A stretch of DNA of 64,000 nt from Paludibacteraceae bacterium (GCA_016302585.1 JAEDNI010000001.1:17412-81411), one strand, 5' to 3'; shown: positions 21,053-29,984, counted from the first letter of the stretch. Numbers and translations are program-made. The notes: generated by a model not told the origin, from the letters alone.

Positions 21053-22707
21053 AAGATCATTAGTTGTCCCGTGAGTACGCGCAAGAACATCGTCAGCGGG
21101 TAAACTGTAGAGTACGCTACGGCAGCACGGTCATTCGAACTACTCTGCGAGGTAGCGTAAGCCAATGCAGGCGGATCGGTCGTTGAACCTGCGATAAGTC
21201 CCATCAGCGTGAAGTAATCCAACTTCATCCACTTGCGTCCAATGATGCCGATGATGAGGAGCGGCAACAAGGTGATGAGCACACCGTAACCGATCCATAT
21301 ATATCCGCCACCCAACAAAGTAGGAATAAAACTCTTTCCGGCTCCGAAACCGACGGACGCCAAGAAGAGTGCGATACCAATCTCACGAATCATCAGGTTC
21401 GCCGAAGTGGTGGTATAAGTCACAACATGATACTTCGTTCCGAAAGCTCCCATCAGGATCGCTACAATCAGCGAGCCACCCGCCAGACCTAACTTAAACG
21501 GTTGTCCCAGCCCCGGCAGAGCAATGGGCAACATACCTAAGACCACACCTAAGACGATACCGAAGAAGAGCGATGCCAGATTTGGCGCATCAAGTTTCTT
21601 GGTAGAATTACCGAAAGCCTTCGCCATCTTATCCACCGCTTCCTGCTCGCCTACCACGGTCAGACGGTCTCCCATCTGCAACCGTAACTCCGGCGTTGCC
21701 AACAGTTCCACACCCGCACGACGAATACGCGTGATAGTGATGTTAAACGCTTCACGCACACGCAGGTCCATGATACGCTTACCGTTCAGTTTCGGTTTGG
21801 TGACGATGATATGGCGGTTGACAAGATGTACTTGCTTCTCCTGCTCCTCCCATTTCACATCCGTCAGTTGACCGAGTAGCAGCACCGTGCGTTCGTTCTG
21901 ATGATCCGTTATGAACCGCACCTGGTCACCGACGTGGAGAATGGTCTCGGCATCCGGCATGAACTCATTGCCTTCTTTATTTATCACGCGCGACACAACG
22001 ATCGTCACATGCGTAAGCAGACTCAGTTCGCGTACACGCAGACCCTCTATCTGCGGATTGGTCAGCGTCATGTCGTAACGCGATATCGTCTTTTGTTCAC
22101 CCTGCTCTGCTTGCACTTTCTCTTCCTCTTTCTCTACGCGGATACGGAATATCCAGCGGAGTAGCAGAAGCGAGAAGATGATTCCTACCACACCAAGGGG
22201 GTACGCCATTGCATATCCGCTTGCAATCACCGATGAGTCGGCACCTTGTGTGATGTCCTGAAAGGTCTGCTCGGCTGCACCCAGACCAGGCGTGTTCGTA
22301 ACCGCACCGAAGAGTACACCTGTGATAACCGGCGTCTCGACTTTAAAGATATAATGGATTGCTACAGCGGTCAAACAGCCCAATAGTACGATACCCGCCG
22401 CCAAAGCGTTTAAGCGGATACCACCCTTACCGAAGGACGAGAAGAAAGACGGACCTACCTGCAGACCTATCGAATAGACAAAGAGAATCAGACCGAGGTC
22501 TTTCGCAAAACTCTCCACCAACGGATCCAAGCGCATGCCGAAATGACTGCAGGCGATAGCGCAGAACAAGATCCACGTGATACCTAAGGTGATGCCTTTG
22601 AACTTCAACTTTTCGCCCAACCAGATACCTACCGCGATGGCCAAAGCCAGCACGACGATCGAGTGCGCGATACCCGTTCCAAAGATTAAATTATTGATCC
22701 ATTCCAT
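21040..22707 (-). CDS. YidE/YbjL-type putative transporter (AAE family) with central TrkA-C/RCK_C domains
   Basis: 555 aa. Two hydrophobic halves flank two soluble repeats (GLRVRELSL..., GKRIMDLRVRE...). Confidence 0.8.
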   Translation of the reverse strand: MEWINNLIFGTGIAHSIVVLALAIAVGIWLGEKLKFKGITLGITWILFCAIACSHFGMRLDPLVESFAKDLGLILFVYSIGLQVGPSFFSSFGKGGIRLNALAAGIVLLGCLTAVAIHYIFKVETPVITGVLFGAVTNTPGLGAAEQTFQDITQGADSSVIASGYAMAYPLGVVGIIFSLLLLRWIFRIRVEKEEEKVQAEQGEQKTISRYDMTLTNPQIEGLRVRELSLLTHVTIVVSRVINKEGNEFMPDAETILHVGDQVRFITDHQNERTVLLLGQLTDVKWEEQEKQVHLVNRHIIVTKPKLNGKRIMDLRVREAFNITITRIRRAGVELLATPELRLQMGDRLTVVGEQEAVDKMAKAFGNSTKKLDAPNLASLFFGIVLGVVLGMLPIALPGLGQPFKLGLAGGSLIVAILMGAFGTKYHVVTYTTTSANLMIREIGIALFLASVGFGAGKSFIPTLLGGGYIWIGYGVLITLLPLLIIGIIGRKWMKLDYFTLMGLIAGSTTDPPALAYATSQSSSNDRAAVAYSTVYPLTMFLRVLTGQLMILCFL

Positions 22708-22741
22708 ACGCGTAAATGCATATACACACTAAAAGCGACTG

Positions 22742-22773
22742 CAAAAGTACAAAAAAATAATGACATACACAAG
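22742..22773 (-). promoter_or_regulatory. Bacteroidota-type promoter (-33 TTG / -7 TACTTTTG) for the transporter gene
   Basis: The minus strand reads CTTGtgtatgtcattatttttttgTACTTTTGcag, about 30 nt upstream of the ATG at 22707. Confidence 0.7.
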
Positions 22774-22781
22774 AGTGTATG
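22751..22781 (-). terminator. Possible intrinsic terminator of the endonuclease gene
   Basis: A 7-bp stem (catacac/gtgtatg, loop aaga) is followed on the minus strand by tcattattttttt. It overlaps the next promoter. Confidence 0.4.
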
Positions 22782-22818
22782 CCATTTTTTTGCAGATTTT
22801 ACTGCATTTTTCTATCAA

Positions 22819-23889
22819 TCATCTTACTTCCTGTCCGGTGAGGGTATAAGTTCGACCACCGCGGAGGATGAAGATTTGGCCGTTCTTTATGACCTTACTC
22901 GTGATGGGCGATTGGTCATTGGAGGCTTGGTCAATATCGGAGGGTTGCGAGTCGCGCCAACCATTGCTTTTACCAGGTATGAATTCGGGGTCAGAGGAAG
23001 CCATCAGGTTTGCCATGTCCAACGTCTCATGGGCTTTTTCACCCCAAATATACTCTGCCAGATAGGGGTAATCGATGAAGGGATTGCGGTTATGTTGGAA
23101 ATCGCTTACGGCATCCGCACGGTTGATTTCCTTCACCGAAACCGGGTCCGCACGATGCCAAGCGATGAGCACGGCTTGTTCCCAGGGTTGGAACTCCAGG
23201 TAATTATCATTTTGCATAGCAAAACGTGATCCCACATCTTTATTATCCAGACGCCATCCTACCGTTTTCTTCTTGCCGTAGATAGGCAGGTCCGGATATT
23301 CACCATTCAGATCTCGTCCGTAACAAGTAACCATATAAAAATACGCTCGTGCAAAGTCTCCTTTATATTCATCTTTGGGTTCGAAGACCGAGAAATCGAC
23401 TTTCAGCGAGTCATGGTAGATCTTACCGATGCGCAAGGAGCCGGAGATAAACACATCTTTCTCGGGCACGCCGAGCGGGAAGTTACTACGTGCGCTGTTA
23501 GCCGTCGAATTCGAAGGGTTGAGATGAAAACAGTCCTTGTACGGATCATGTTCCTTGCCGCCCCACCAAGACTTCGCAAAGCTATGCTCGATATTACAAC
23601 CGGAAACAGCCGTTCCCGGCGAGCTAAACTGTTTCCAATCATCGCAATACATATCCATGCAGTAGCCGTTCTCATCGCGGTCAGAATAATAGAATACGTA
23701 CCAAGAAGAGGGGTTTCCGCTGCCATAGGGAATGACGGTATGGGGGCGAATAATCGTTTTCAACGTTCCTTTCAGCACCTCGCCTTTCTTTCCGTTGATA
23801 GCATCGTAATAATTCTCGGGCATTTGTTCCGCTGTCGCGGACAAGAGCACACTCATCAAAAGGAGTAATAAAAAGAAACGATTTTTCAT
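22819..23889 (-). CDS. Secreted endonuclease I family nuclease with a C-terminal tail
   Basis: Signal peptide MKNRFFLLLLLMSVLLSATA. NIEHSFAKSWWGG and FQHNRNPFIDYPYLAEYIWG motifs. A linker precedes the tail KVIKNGQIFILRGGRTYTLTGQEVR. Confidence 0.8.
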   Translation of the reverse strand: MKNRFFLLLLLMSVLLSATAEQMPENYYDAINGKKGEVLKGTLKTIIRPHTVIPYGSGNPSSWYVFYYSDRDENGYCMDMYCDDWKQFSSPGTAVSGCNIEHSFAKSWWGGKEHDPYKDCFHLNPSNSTANSARSNFPLGVPEKDVFISGSLRIGKIYHDSLKVDFSVFEPKDEYKGDFARAYFYMVTCYGRDLNGEYPDLPIYGKKKTVGWRLDNKDVGSRFAMQNDNYLEFQPWEQAVLIAWHRADPVSVKEINRADAVSDFQHNRNPFIDYPYLAEYIWGEKAHETLDMANLMASSDPEFIPGKSNGWRDSQPSDIDQASNDQSPITSKVIKNGQIFILRGGRTYTLTGQEVR

Positions 23890-23910
23890 AATATAAACGT
23901 TTTAACGGTG

Positions 23911-23942
23911 CAAAGGTAATGCTTTTTTTTGACATATGCAAA
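23911..23942 (-). promoter_or_regulatory. Promoter (-33 TTTG / -7 TACCTTTG) for the endonuclease gene
   Basis: The minus strand reads TTTGcatatgtcaaaaaaaagcatTACCTTTGcacc. The ATG lies about 22 nt downstream of the -7 box. Confidence 0.7.
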
Positions 23943-24095
23943 TTTTAACAAAAAACAAAAATGTATATATATACAAAGTATATATATAGTAAGAGTTATG
24001 GTTTTGCTAAAAATGGCATTTTATCATATGGCTATCCTGCGCGAATAATACGGTTATCATACGATTTTATAAGTACATTATATGATAAATCATCA

Positions 24096-24440
24096 TTAGT
24101 ATCCACTAATGATTTCCAATCCAAAAATATTGTATATTCTTCCGCATCGGCGAATATAGAGTTGCCCATCCTTAATAAATTTCTCCCCTTTCTCTTGTAA
24201 CCCGTCATCCGTAACTTGTGGCGTATAGGTCATTTTGCAGGCTGCGATAGGTCTGCATTTTGACCCATAAACCTAACTTGTACCCCTTCTGAAGCACTTT
24301 CGCCGAACACAATCGCCCGGTAGTCGTACTTATACATCGGTGTAGCCTCTCCGTCCTTAGCCGCGATAAGGACAACACTATCTCGGGTAAACGAAAAAAA
24401 ACAGTAATTTCGGATTCCGTCTTCCTTGCAGGAATTCCCC
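24096..24440 (-). pseudogene. Frameshifted remnant of a secreted-protein gene (C-terminal part only)
   Basis: Two adjacent minus-strand frames read ...AAKDGEATPMYKYDYRAIVFGESASEGVQVRFMGQNADLSQPAK* and MTYTPQVTDDGLQEKGEKFIKDGQLYIRRCGRIYNIFGLEIISGY*. The second carries the same C-terminal tail motif as the genes at 2215 and 22819. There is no start or signal peptide upstream, and an in-frame TAG lies at about 24445. Confidence 0.35.
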
Positions 24441-24533
24441 AGACCTTGGGTTCGCTAAGTATAGCGAACGAAAATCTTTTAAGCCTCAAAATACGCTCGT
24501 GCAAGCACAGACGATAATTTTTTGCTTAAAATC

Positions 24534-24564
24534 TTGCATATTCAAATTTTTTGTAGTATTTTTG
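24534..24564 (+). promoter_or_regulatory. Promoter (-33 TTG / -7 TATTTTTG) for the small lipoprotein ORF
   Basis: cTTGcatattcaaattttttgtagTATTTTTGtag, 25 nt upstream of the ATG at 24589. Confidence 0.6.
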
Positions 24565-24588
24565 TAGCGAATTTTAAACACTACCGTT

Positions 24589-24783
24589 ATGAGAACAAAA
24601 ATTTTCTTTGCATTTGCGATTCTTTTCTCAACTTTCATTCTGGTTTCATGCTCCAATCCGAAAGCTCCGAACACGGATGGTTTCCCTGCTCCCGATCCAG
24701 CCGTTCATTTCGACACTCCGGACGATAATAACCTTTACAAAGGAGACAACAGCAGTTTCTCCGACTACTACGAGAAAGACTAA
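24589..24783 (+). CDS. Small lipoprotein (64 aa), hypothetical
   Basis: MRTKIFFAFAILFSTFILVSC lipobox, an acidic Pro/Asp-rich mature part, and its own promoter. Confidence 0.55.
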   Translation: MRTKIFFAFAILFSTFILVSCSNPKAPNTDGFPAPDPAVHFDTPDDNNLYKGDNSSFSDYYEKD

Positions 24784-24865
24784 TCTTTAATTTACCATAA
24801 CGAAGAAACTCCTACCATCAACGTAGTAGAAGAAGCATGAAACGCCTCTTCATTGCTTGCGTGAA

Positions 24866-24985
24866 GCGATTGAAGCTGAAAGCGATTGAAGCTGAAAGCG
24901 ATTGAAGCTGAAAGCGATTGAAGCTGAAAGCGATTGAGGCTGAAAGCGATTGAGGCTGAAAGCGATTGAGGCTGAAAGCGATTGC
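24866..24985. repeat. 16-bp tandem array, 7.5 copies
   Basis: GCGATTGAAGCTGAAA x4, then GCGATTGAGGCTGAAA x3, then a partial copy. Intergenic. Confidence 0.95.
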
Positions 24986-25391
24986 AAAGAGTGGAGAGCC
25001 AAAAGGCGAGAGTCGAGAGTTATTGGCTATGCCAATAGTTGTAGAGGAATTGGGGATTGATGGAACGACATTCCATTCGGATACGATGATTGCGTCGGTT
25101 GGATTTGACCACCTCATTGGATGTGAACGTACTGGCCGACGTAGATGCGAACCTATACGACGCCCGGAGAATAGACATCAACTCGAGCGCGATGCGGAGT
25201 AAGATAAAAGAGAACCTGAGCGACGCGAGCAGCTGTGGCTGGTGCCGAACAAACGAGCGGAGCGGAAGAGAACGATCCGAGTGTAGCCGATAAGGTGCAG
25301 CATGCCGTTCGTAAGACCTTCATCACGAAGCGTGTAGTGAACCGGGTCGCGCAGGAACATGAGTGAAAACGACAAAAAAAAAGAATAGACT

Positions 25392-26462
25392 ATGCGTTAT
25401 TTGATTTCCGGCGGAGGAACAGGTGGACATATCTTCCCTGCCGTTAGTATCGCCAATGCGCTGAAGGAGTTGGATCCAGAGGCAGAGATCTTGTTTGTGG
25501 GTGCGTTAGGTCGCATGGAGATGGAGCGTGTGCCGCAAGCAGGATATGAAATCGTGGGTCTTCCTGTTCGGGGTTTTGACCGCAAGAAACCATGGAAGAA
25601 CGTGTCGGTATTAATCGACCTGTCAAAGTCAATTCGGCAAGTGAAGAAGATCATTCGCGACTTCAAGCCGAACGTAGGCGTAGGCGTAGGCGGTTACGCT
25701 TCTGGCGCAGCGATGTGGGCTGCGGCGAAGATGGGCATCCCCATCCTACTACAGGAACAGAACGGTTTTGCGGGCGTGACAAATAAGATCCTCAAGGACA
25801 AAGCGGCGAAGATTTGCGTGGCCTACGAAGGCATGGAGAAGTTCTTCCCTGCCGATAAGATCATCCTGACCGGAAACCCGGTAAGGCAGAATCTTTTAGA
25901 TGGTCGAAAGTCGGAAGACGATGGTAGAAAGACGCTTCTTATTATCGGCGGCTCATTAGGAGCACGGACCATCAACGAAGCTGTAATTGCCGGACTGAAG
26001 GAGTTAACGAATGAAGGACTTAAGGTGGTTTGGCAGACAGGAAAAGTGTATTACGAGAAATGCAAGGCCGCATGGGAGGCAGCAGGTAGTCCGGCCAATA
26101 TCGAGTGTCTGGATTTCTTGAGCGACATGCCGGATCGTTATGCCAATGCCGATCTGGTTATCTCACGAGCAGGTGCTTCGTCCATCAGCGAGATTTGTTT
26201 GTTAGGTAAACCGGCGATATTGGTTCCTTCGCCCAACGTAGCCGAAGACCATCAAACACACAATGCCATGGCGCTCGTGAATAAGGACGCAGCTGTGCTG
26301 GTGCGCGATGCAGAGGCCGCAGAGAAGTTGATTGCGACCGCGTTGGAACTGTTAAATGATCCAAAGCGATTAAAGACGCTGCAGACGAATGTGCTGAAGT
26401 TAGCACAGAAAGACTCCGCGAAACGAATCGCAGAAGAAGTGATTGCGTTAGCGAAGAAATAA
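25392..26462 (+). CDS. murG: Undecaprenyldiphospho-muramoylpentapeptide beta-N-acetylglucosaminyltransferase
   Basis: ISGGGTGGHIFPA and the C-terminal SRAGASSISE motif. 356 aa. Confidence 0.95.
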   Translation: MRYLISGGGTGGHIFPAVSIANALKELDPEAEILFVGALGRMEMERVPQAGYEIVGLPVRGFDRKKPWKNVSVLIDLSKSIRQVKKIIRDFKPNVGVGVGGYASGAAMWAAAKMGIPILLQEQNGFAGVTNKILKDKAAKICVAYEGMEKFFPADKIILTGNPVRQNLLDGRKSEDDGRKTLLIIGGSLGARTINEAVIAGLKELTNEGLKVVWQTGKVYYEKCKAAWEAAGSPANIECLDFLSDMPDRYANADLVISRAGASSISEICLLGKPAILVPSPNVAEDHQTHNAMALVNKDAAVLVRDAEAAEKLIATALELLNDPKRLKTLQTNVLKLAQKDSAKRIAEEVIALAKK

Positions 26463-26492
26463 AAAAATGCGGCCAGATGGTCGCATTTTTTA
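26461..26492. terminator. Bidirectional intrinsic terminator (murG / argS convergent)
   Basis: aaaaaaATGCGGCCagatGGTCGCATtttttt. Confidence 0.8.
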
Positions 26493-28304
26493 TTACATTC
26501 TTTCCGGAACCTCGATACCGAGAAGGGAGAGAGCAGATTGGATGACTTTCGCTACGTTCTTGGCAAGCAAAAGACGAAGAGCTCGTTTATCCGAATCCGG
26601 TTCGTTCAGGATTGAAAGATCGTGATAGAACGAGTTGAAATCACACGCGAGATCATACGCATAGTTGCAAATCACAGCAGGCGAGAAATTCTCTCCGGCA
26701 TTGCGAACGATAGCGGGATAATCCGTAAGTCGTTGGATGAGAGCGAGTTCCTTCGGATCCAACACCTCTCTCTCGTCTTCCCCAAGGGGAGAAGCTCCCT
26801 CTCCTTGGGAGAGGGTTGGGGTGAGGTCCGCTTTGCGCAGCACAGATTGAATGCGCGCGTAAGTGTACTGGATGAAGGGGCCCGTATTGCCGTTGAAATC
26901 AATCGACTCGGCGGGATTGAAGAGCATATTTTTCCGCGGATCCACTTTGAGGATGAAGTATTTCAAAGCGCCGAGCCCCACTTTACGTGCAATCTCATTC
27001 GCTTCTTCTTCCGTGATACCCTGCAGCGTATTCACTTTATCTTTGGAAATCTCCTTCGCTTCTTCCACCATCTTATCCATCAGGTCATCGGCATCGACTA
27101 CGGTTCCTTCACGTGATTTCATCTTACCGTTCGGCAGTTCGACCATGCCATATGAAAAATGGACGAGTTCTTTGCCGAAGGGGAAGCCGAGGCGGTCGAG
27201 CAGGATGGACAACACTTTGAAGTGGTACTCCTGTTCGTTACCCACCACGTAGACCATCTTATCAATCGGATAATCCTGAAAACGCAGTTTGGCCGTTCCG
27301 ATATCTTGCGTCATATAGACCGAAGTACCATCGGAGCGAAGGAGGAGTTTCTCATCCAGTCCGTCTTTGGTAAGATCAGCCCAAACAGACCCATCTTCGC
27401 GACGATAGAACGCACCACTTGCTAACCCCTTTTCTACTTCGGATTTGCCCTCGAGATAGGTGTTCGATTCGTAATATATCTTATCAAACGAAACGCCCAT
27501 GCGCTTATAGGTCTCATCAAAACCGGCATATACCCAGCTATTCATCTTCGTCCAAAGAGCGCGCACTTCGGGATCGTTCGCTTCCCATTTACGAAGCATT
27601 TCCTGCGCTTCGAGCATGAGCGGCGCTTCGCGTTTCGCGGTCTCCTCATCTTTGCCTGCGGCCATGAGTTCGGCTATCTGCGTTTTGTATTCTTTATCGA
27701 AACGAACGTAGTAATCGCCGATGAGGTGATCGCCTTTCTTACCGGACGATTCGGGCGTCTCGCCATTCCCATATTTGAGCCATGCGAGCATGGATTTGCA
27801 GATATGGATGCCTCGATCGTTGACGATATTGGTCTTCACAACCTTCCATCCATTCGCCTCTTGGATACGCGCGATGGAATAACCGAGGAGGTTATTACGT
27901 ACGTGACCAAGGTGCAAAGGCTTATTCGTATTCGGAGAACTATATTCGACCATCATGAGTTGATGACGATCAGGTTGCTGACCGTAGTTGGCATCCGTAT
28001 CGATGGCCTGGAGTTGACGAATCCAGAACGCATCGGCGATCACGAGGTTTAAGAATCCTTGTACGGCGTTGAATTTAGCAACAAGCCCTTCGCCATTAAC
28101 CGTTAACCATTCTCCTATCTCCGTAGCAATCTGAGCCGGTGCTTTGCGCGCCAATTTAACGAAGGGAAAGACCACAAGCGTGATGTTTCCTTCGAACTCC
28201 GGACGGGTCTTTTGCCATTGAATCTGGCTGTCCTCGACCTCAATAGTGTAGAGCGCTTTGACGGCGGATTGGACTAATACCGATAATTGTTGTTCTAATG
28301 TCAT
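26493..28304 (-). CDS. argS: Arginine--tRNA ligase
   Basis: SSPNTNKPLHLGHVRN (HIGH), GKMKSREG (KMSKS-like), and a DALR-type C-terminus ending ...GIEVPERM. Confidence 0.95.
   Translation of the reverse strand: MTLEQQLSVLVQSAVKALYTIEVEDSQIQWQKTRPEFEGNITLVVFPFVKLARKAPAQIATEIGEWLTVNGEGLVAKFNAVQGFLNLVIADAFWIRQLQAIDTDANYGQQPDRHQLMMVEYSSPNTNKPLHLGHVRNNLLGYSIARIQEANGWKVVKTNIVNDRGIHICKSMLAWLKYGNGETPESSGKKGDHLIGDYYVRFDKEYKTQIAELMAAGKDEETAKREAPLMLEAQEMLRKWEANDPEVRALWTKMNSWVYAGFDETYKRMGVSFDKIYYESNTYLEGKSEVEKGLASGAFYRREDGSVWADLTKDGLDEKLLLRSDGTSVYMTQDIGTAKLRFQDYPIDKMVYVVGNEQEYHFKVLSILLDRLGFPFGKELVHFSYGMVELPNGKMKSREGTVVDADDLMDKMVEEAKEISKDKVNTLQGITEEEANEIARKVGLGALKYFILKVDPRKNMLFNPAESIDFNGNTGPFIQYTYARIQSVLRKADLTPTLSQGEGASPLGEDEREVLDPKELALIQRLTDYPAIVRNAGENFSPAVICNYAYDLACDFNSFYHDLSILNEPDSDKRALRLLLAKNVAKVIQSALSLLGIEVPERM
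26784..26847. repeat. GC-rich imperfect palindrome embedded in-frame in argS
   Basis: acctc...CCCCAAGGGGAGaagCTCCctctCCTTGGGagagggttggggtGAGGT. It encodes the linker ...TLSQGEGASPLGEDERE... Confidence 0.6.
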
Positions 28305-29035
28305 AACTTAGGATATTTTCTGAACCATGAAGATATTTTGAGGCGAATGACACCAAAAAGCGCTTCAGAGAAGATTCCTCCGCTCATCTTGGAAGTTCCC
28401 AGGACGCGGTTAACAAAAATGATAGGTACTTCGATGATTTTGGCGCCACACTTATAGGCTGTGAACTTCATTTCAATCTGGAAGGCATAGCCTTTGAAGC
28501 GAATCTTATCGAGCTCCATCGTCTCGAGGGTATGACGTTTATAGCAAACGAAACCGGCCGTGGTATCTTTGATCTTCACCCCCAGGACAGTCCGCACATA
28601 TTTCGATGCGAAATACGACATCAGTACGCGTCCCATCGGCCAGTTGACTACATTCACACCCGTAATATAACGGCTACCGATTGCGAGATCTGCCCCCTGG
28701 TTTGCACAGGCGTCATAGAGTTTGAGCAGGTCGTTGGGGTTATGGCTGAAGTCGGCATCCATCTCAAAGATATAATCCGCTTCGTGCTCAATCGCCCATT
28801 TGAATCCGGCGATATAGGCCGTCCCCAAACCGAGTTTACCGGAGCGCTCCACGATATGCACACGTCCTTTGTATTTACCGGCCATGAGGCCCTTTACGAT
28901 ATCGGCTGTACCATCAGGCGAACCATCGTCAATCACAAGCACATTAAACTCCAACGGCAGTTCCATCACCGCCGTGATAATCGCTTCGATATTCTCTTTT
29001 TCGTTATAAGTAGGAATAATGACTAGTCTTTCCAT
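28301..29035 (-). CDS. GT2 polyprenol-phosphate mannosyl/glycosyltransferase (dolichyl-phosphate mannose synthase-like)
   Basis: IIPTYNEKENI, VIDDGSPDGT and EMDADFSH motifs. 244 aa. Confidence 0.85.
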   Translation of the reverse strand: MERLVIIPTYNEKENIEAIITAVMELPLEFNVLVIDDGSPDGTADIVKGLMAGKYKGRVHIVERSGKLGLGTAYIAGFKWAIEHEADYIFEMDADFSHNPNDLLKLYDACANQGADLAIGSRYITGVNVVNWPMGRVLMSYFASKYVRTVLGVKIKDTTAGFVCYKRHTLETMELDKIRFKGYAFQIEMKFTAYKCGAKIIEVPIIFVNRVLGTSKMSGGIFSEALFGVIRLKISSWFRKYPKL

Positions 29036-29036
29036 A

Positions 29037-29867
29037 TTACTCCTTTATCATTTGATCATTTAATTCATAAACAGGACTGGGTGTGGTACGATCAAGGGCC
29101 TTGAGGAAGATATCCTGGCCGGGCATAATCTCAATCTCCTCGAGATAGGACTTAACGGTGTCGTACGCCACTTCCGGATCGTTATTCTCCAAAGAAAGAT
29201 GGCAAAGCCATACGTTCCGCAGATCCGGATGCCAGTTACGCTCCAGCAGTTCACCACACACATCATTCGACTGGTGTCCGCGGGGCGAGAGGATTCGCTC
29301 CTTGAGATAGGTAGGATACGGACCATTGAGCAACATGTGCTCGTCGTGATTCGCCTCAATCACCAAGTGATTAGCCGTTCGGATATACTCCTCCATCTGA
29401 TCGTTCACCGACCCGCAATCGGTCATGAGTACAAAGCGCTGACCATTATAATCGATGCAGTAACCGAGGCAGTCAGTAGAGTCATGCTCAATACCGAAAG
29501 TATTGATGGTCATTCCGAACAGTTGCCATTCCTTCCCTTTCTCGAAATAACGACGACTGGTACGCAGTTTCTCCCTTACGCCATAGTTACGATCAATACC
29601 GGCATGGATCTCGGCGGTAGTGTAGATCGGTAGTTTAACCCGTTCACCCAACGTACCTACGGCACGAATATGATCGGCATGGTCGTGGGTAATCAGCACA
29701 CCCATAATATTTTGAAAATCCAGGTTCATCTCACGCAGACACTTCTGAATCTGACGCGCAGAGATACCCGCATCAATGAGTATTCCCCGTTGACGCGTAC
29801 CGAGGTAGTAACAATTGCCGCTACTACCGCTCGCAAAGCACCTAAATATGAGCCCGTTTTGCTCCAT
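29037..29867 (-). CDS. MBL-fold metallo-hydrolase
   Basis: LIDAG ... ITHDHADH motif. 276 aa. Confidence 0.85.
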   Translation of the reverse strand: MEQNGLIFRCFASGSSGNCYYLGTRQRGILIDAGISARQIQKCLREMNLDFQNIMGVLITHDHADHIRAVGTLGERVKLPIYTTAEIHAGIDRNYGVREKLRTSRRYFEKGKEWQLFGMTINTFGIEHDSTDCLGYCIDYNGQRFVLMTDCGSVNDQMEEYIRTANHLVIEANHDEHMLLNGPYPTYLKERILSPRGHQSNDVCGELLERNWHPDLRNVWLCHLSLENNDPEVAYDTVKSYLEEIEIMPGQDIFLKALDRTTPSPVYELNDQMIKE

Positions 29868-29883
29868 ACTACAAAATCGGCCA

Positions 29884-29915
29884 CAAAAGTACTAAAAAAA
29901 AATGACATATACAAA
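29884..29915 (-). promoter_or_regulatory. Promoter (-33 TTTG / -7 TACTTTTG) for the MBL-hydrolase operon
   Basis: The minus strand reads TTTGtatatgtcatttttttttagTACTTTTGtggccgatttt. Confidence 0.7.
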
Positions 29916-29932
29916 TATTTCTTTGAAATATC

Positions 29933-29963
29933 TTGCATATATAAAAAAAAAGTTGTAAATTTG
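29933..29963 (+). promoter_or_regulatory. Promoter (-33 TTG / -7 TAAATTTG) for the GH13 operon
   Basis: cTTGcatatataaaaaaaaagttgTAAATTTGcaccgaaat. The ATG at 29985 follows. Confidence 0.7.
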
Positions 29964-29984
29964 CACCGAAATTTGTGTACTACC

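Noticed and set aside
22742-22800. Invertible (shufflon-type) promoter between the transporter and the endonuclease genes
   Set aside because: The only inverted repeat is a 7-bp hairpin that fits a terminator. There are no long flanking IRs and no nearby recombinase.
24818-25117. 99-aa minus-strand ORF reading through the 16-bp array
   Set aside because: It is open only because the repeat unit lacks stops in that frame. It has no promoter, no sensible start, and a repetitive FSFNRFQLQSLSASIA composition.
29670-29984. 105-codon N-terminal extension of the first GH13 gene
   Set aside because: It overlaps the MBL gene and the promoter region. The lipobox signal peptide starts at 29985.
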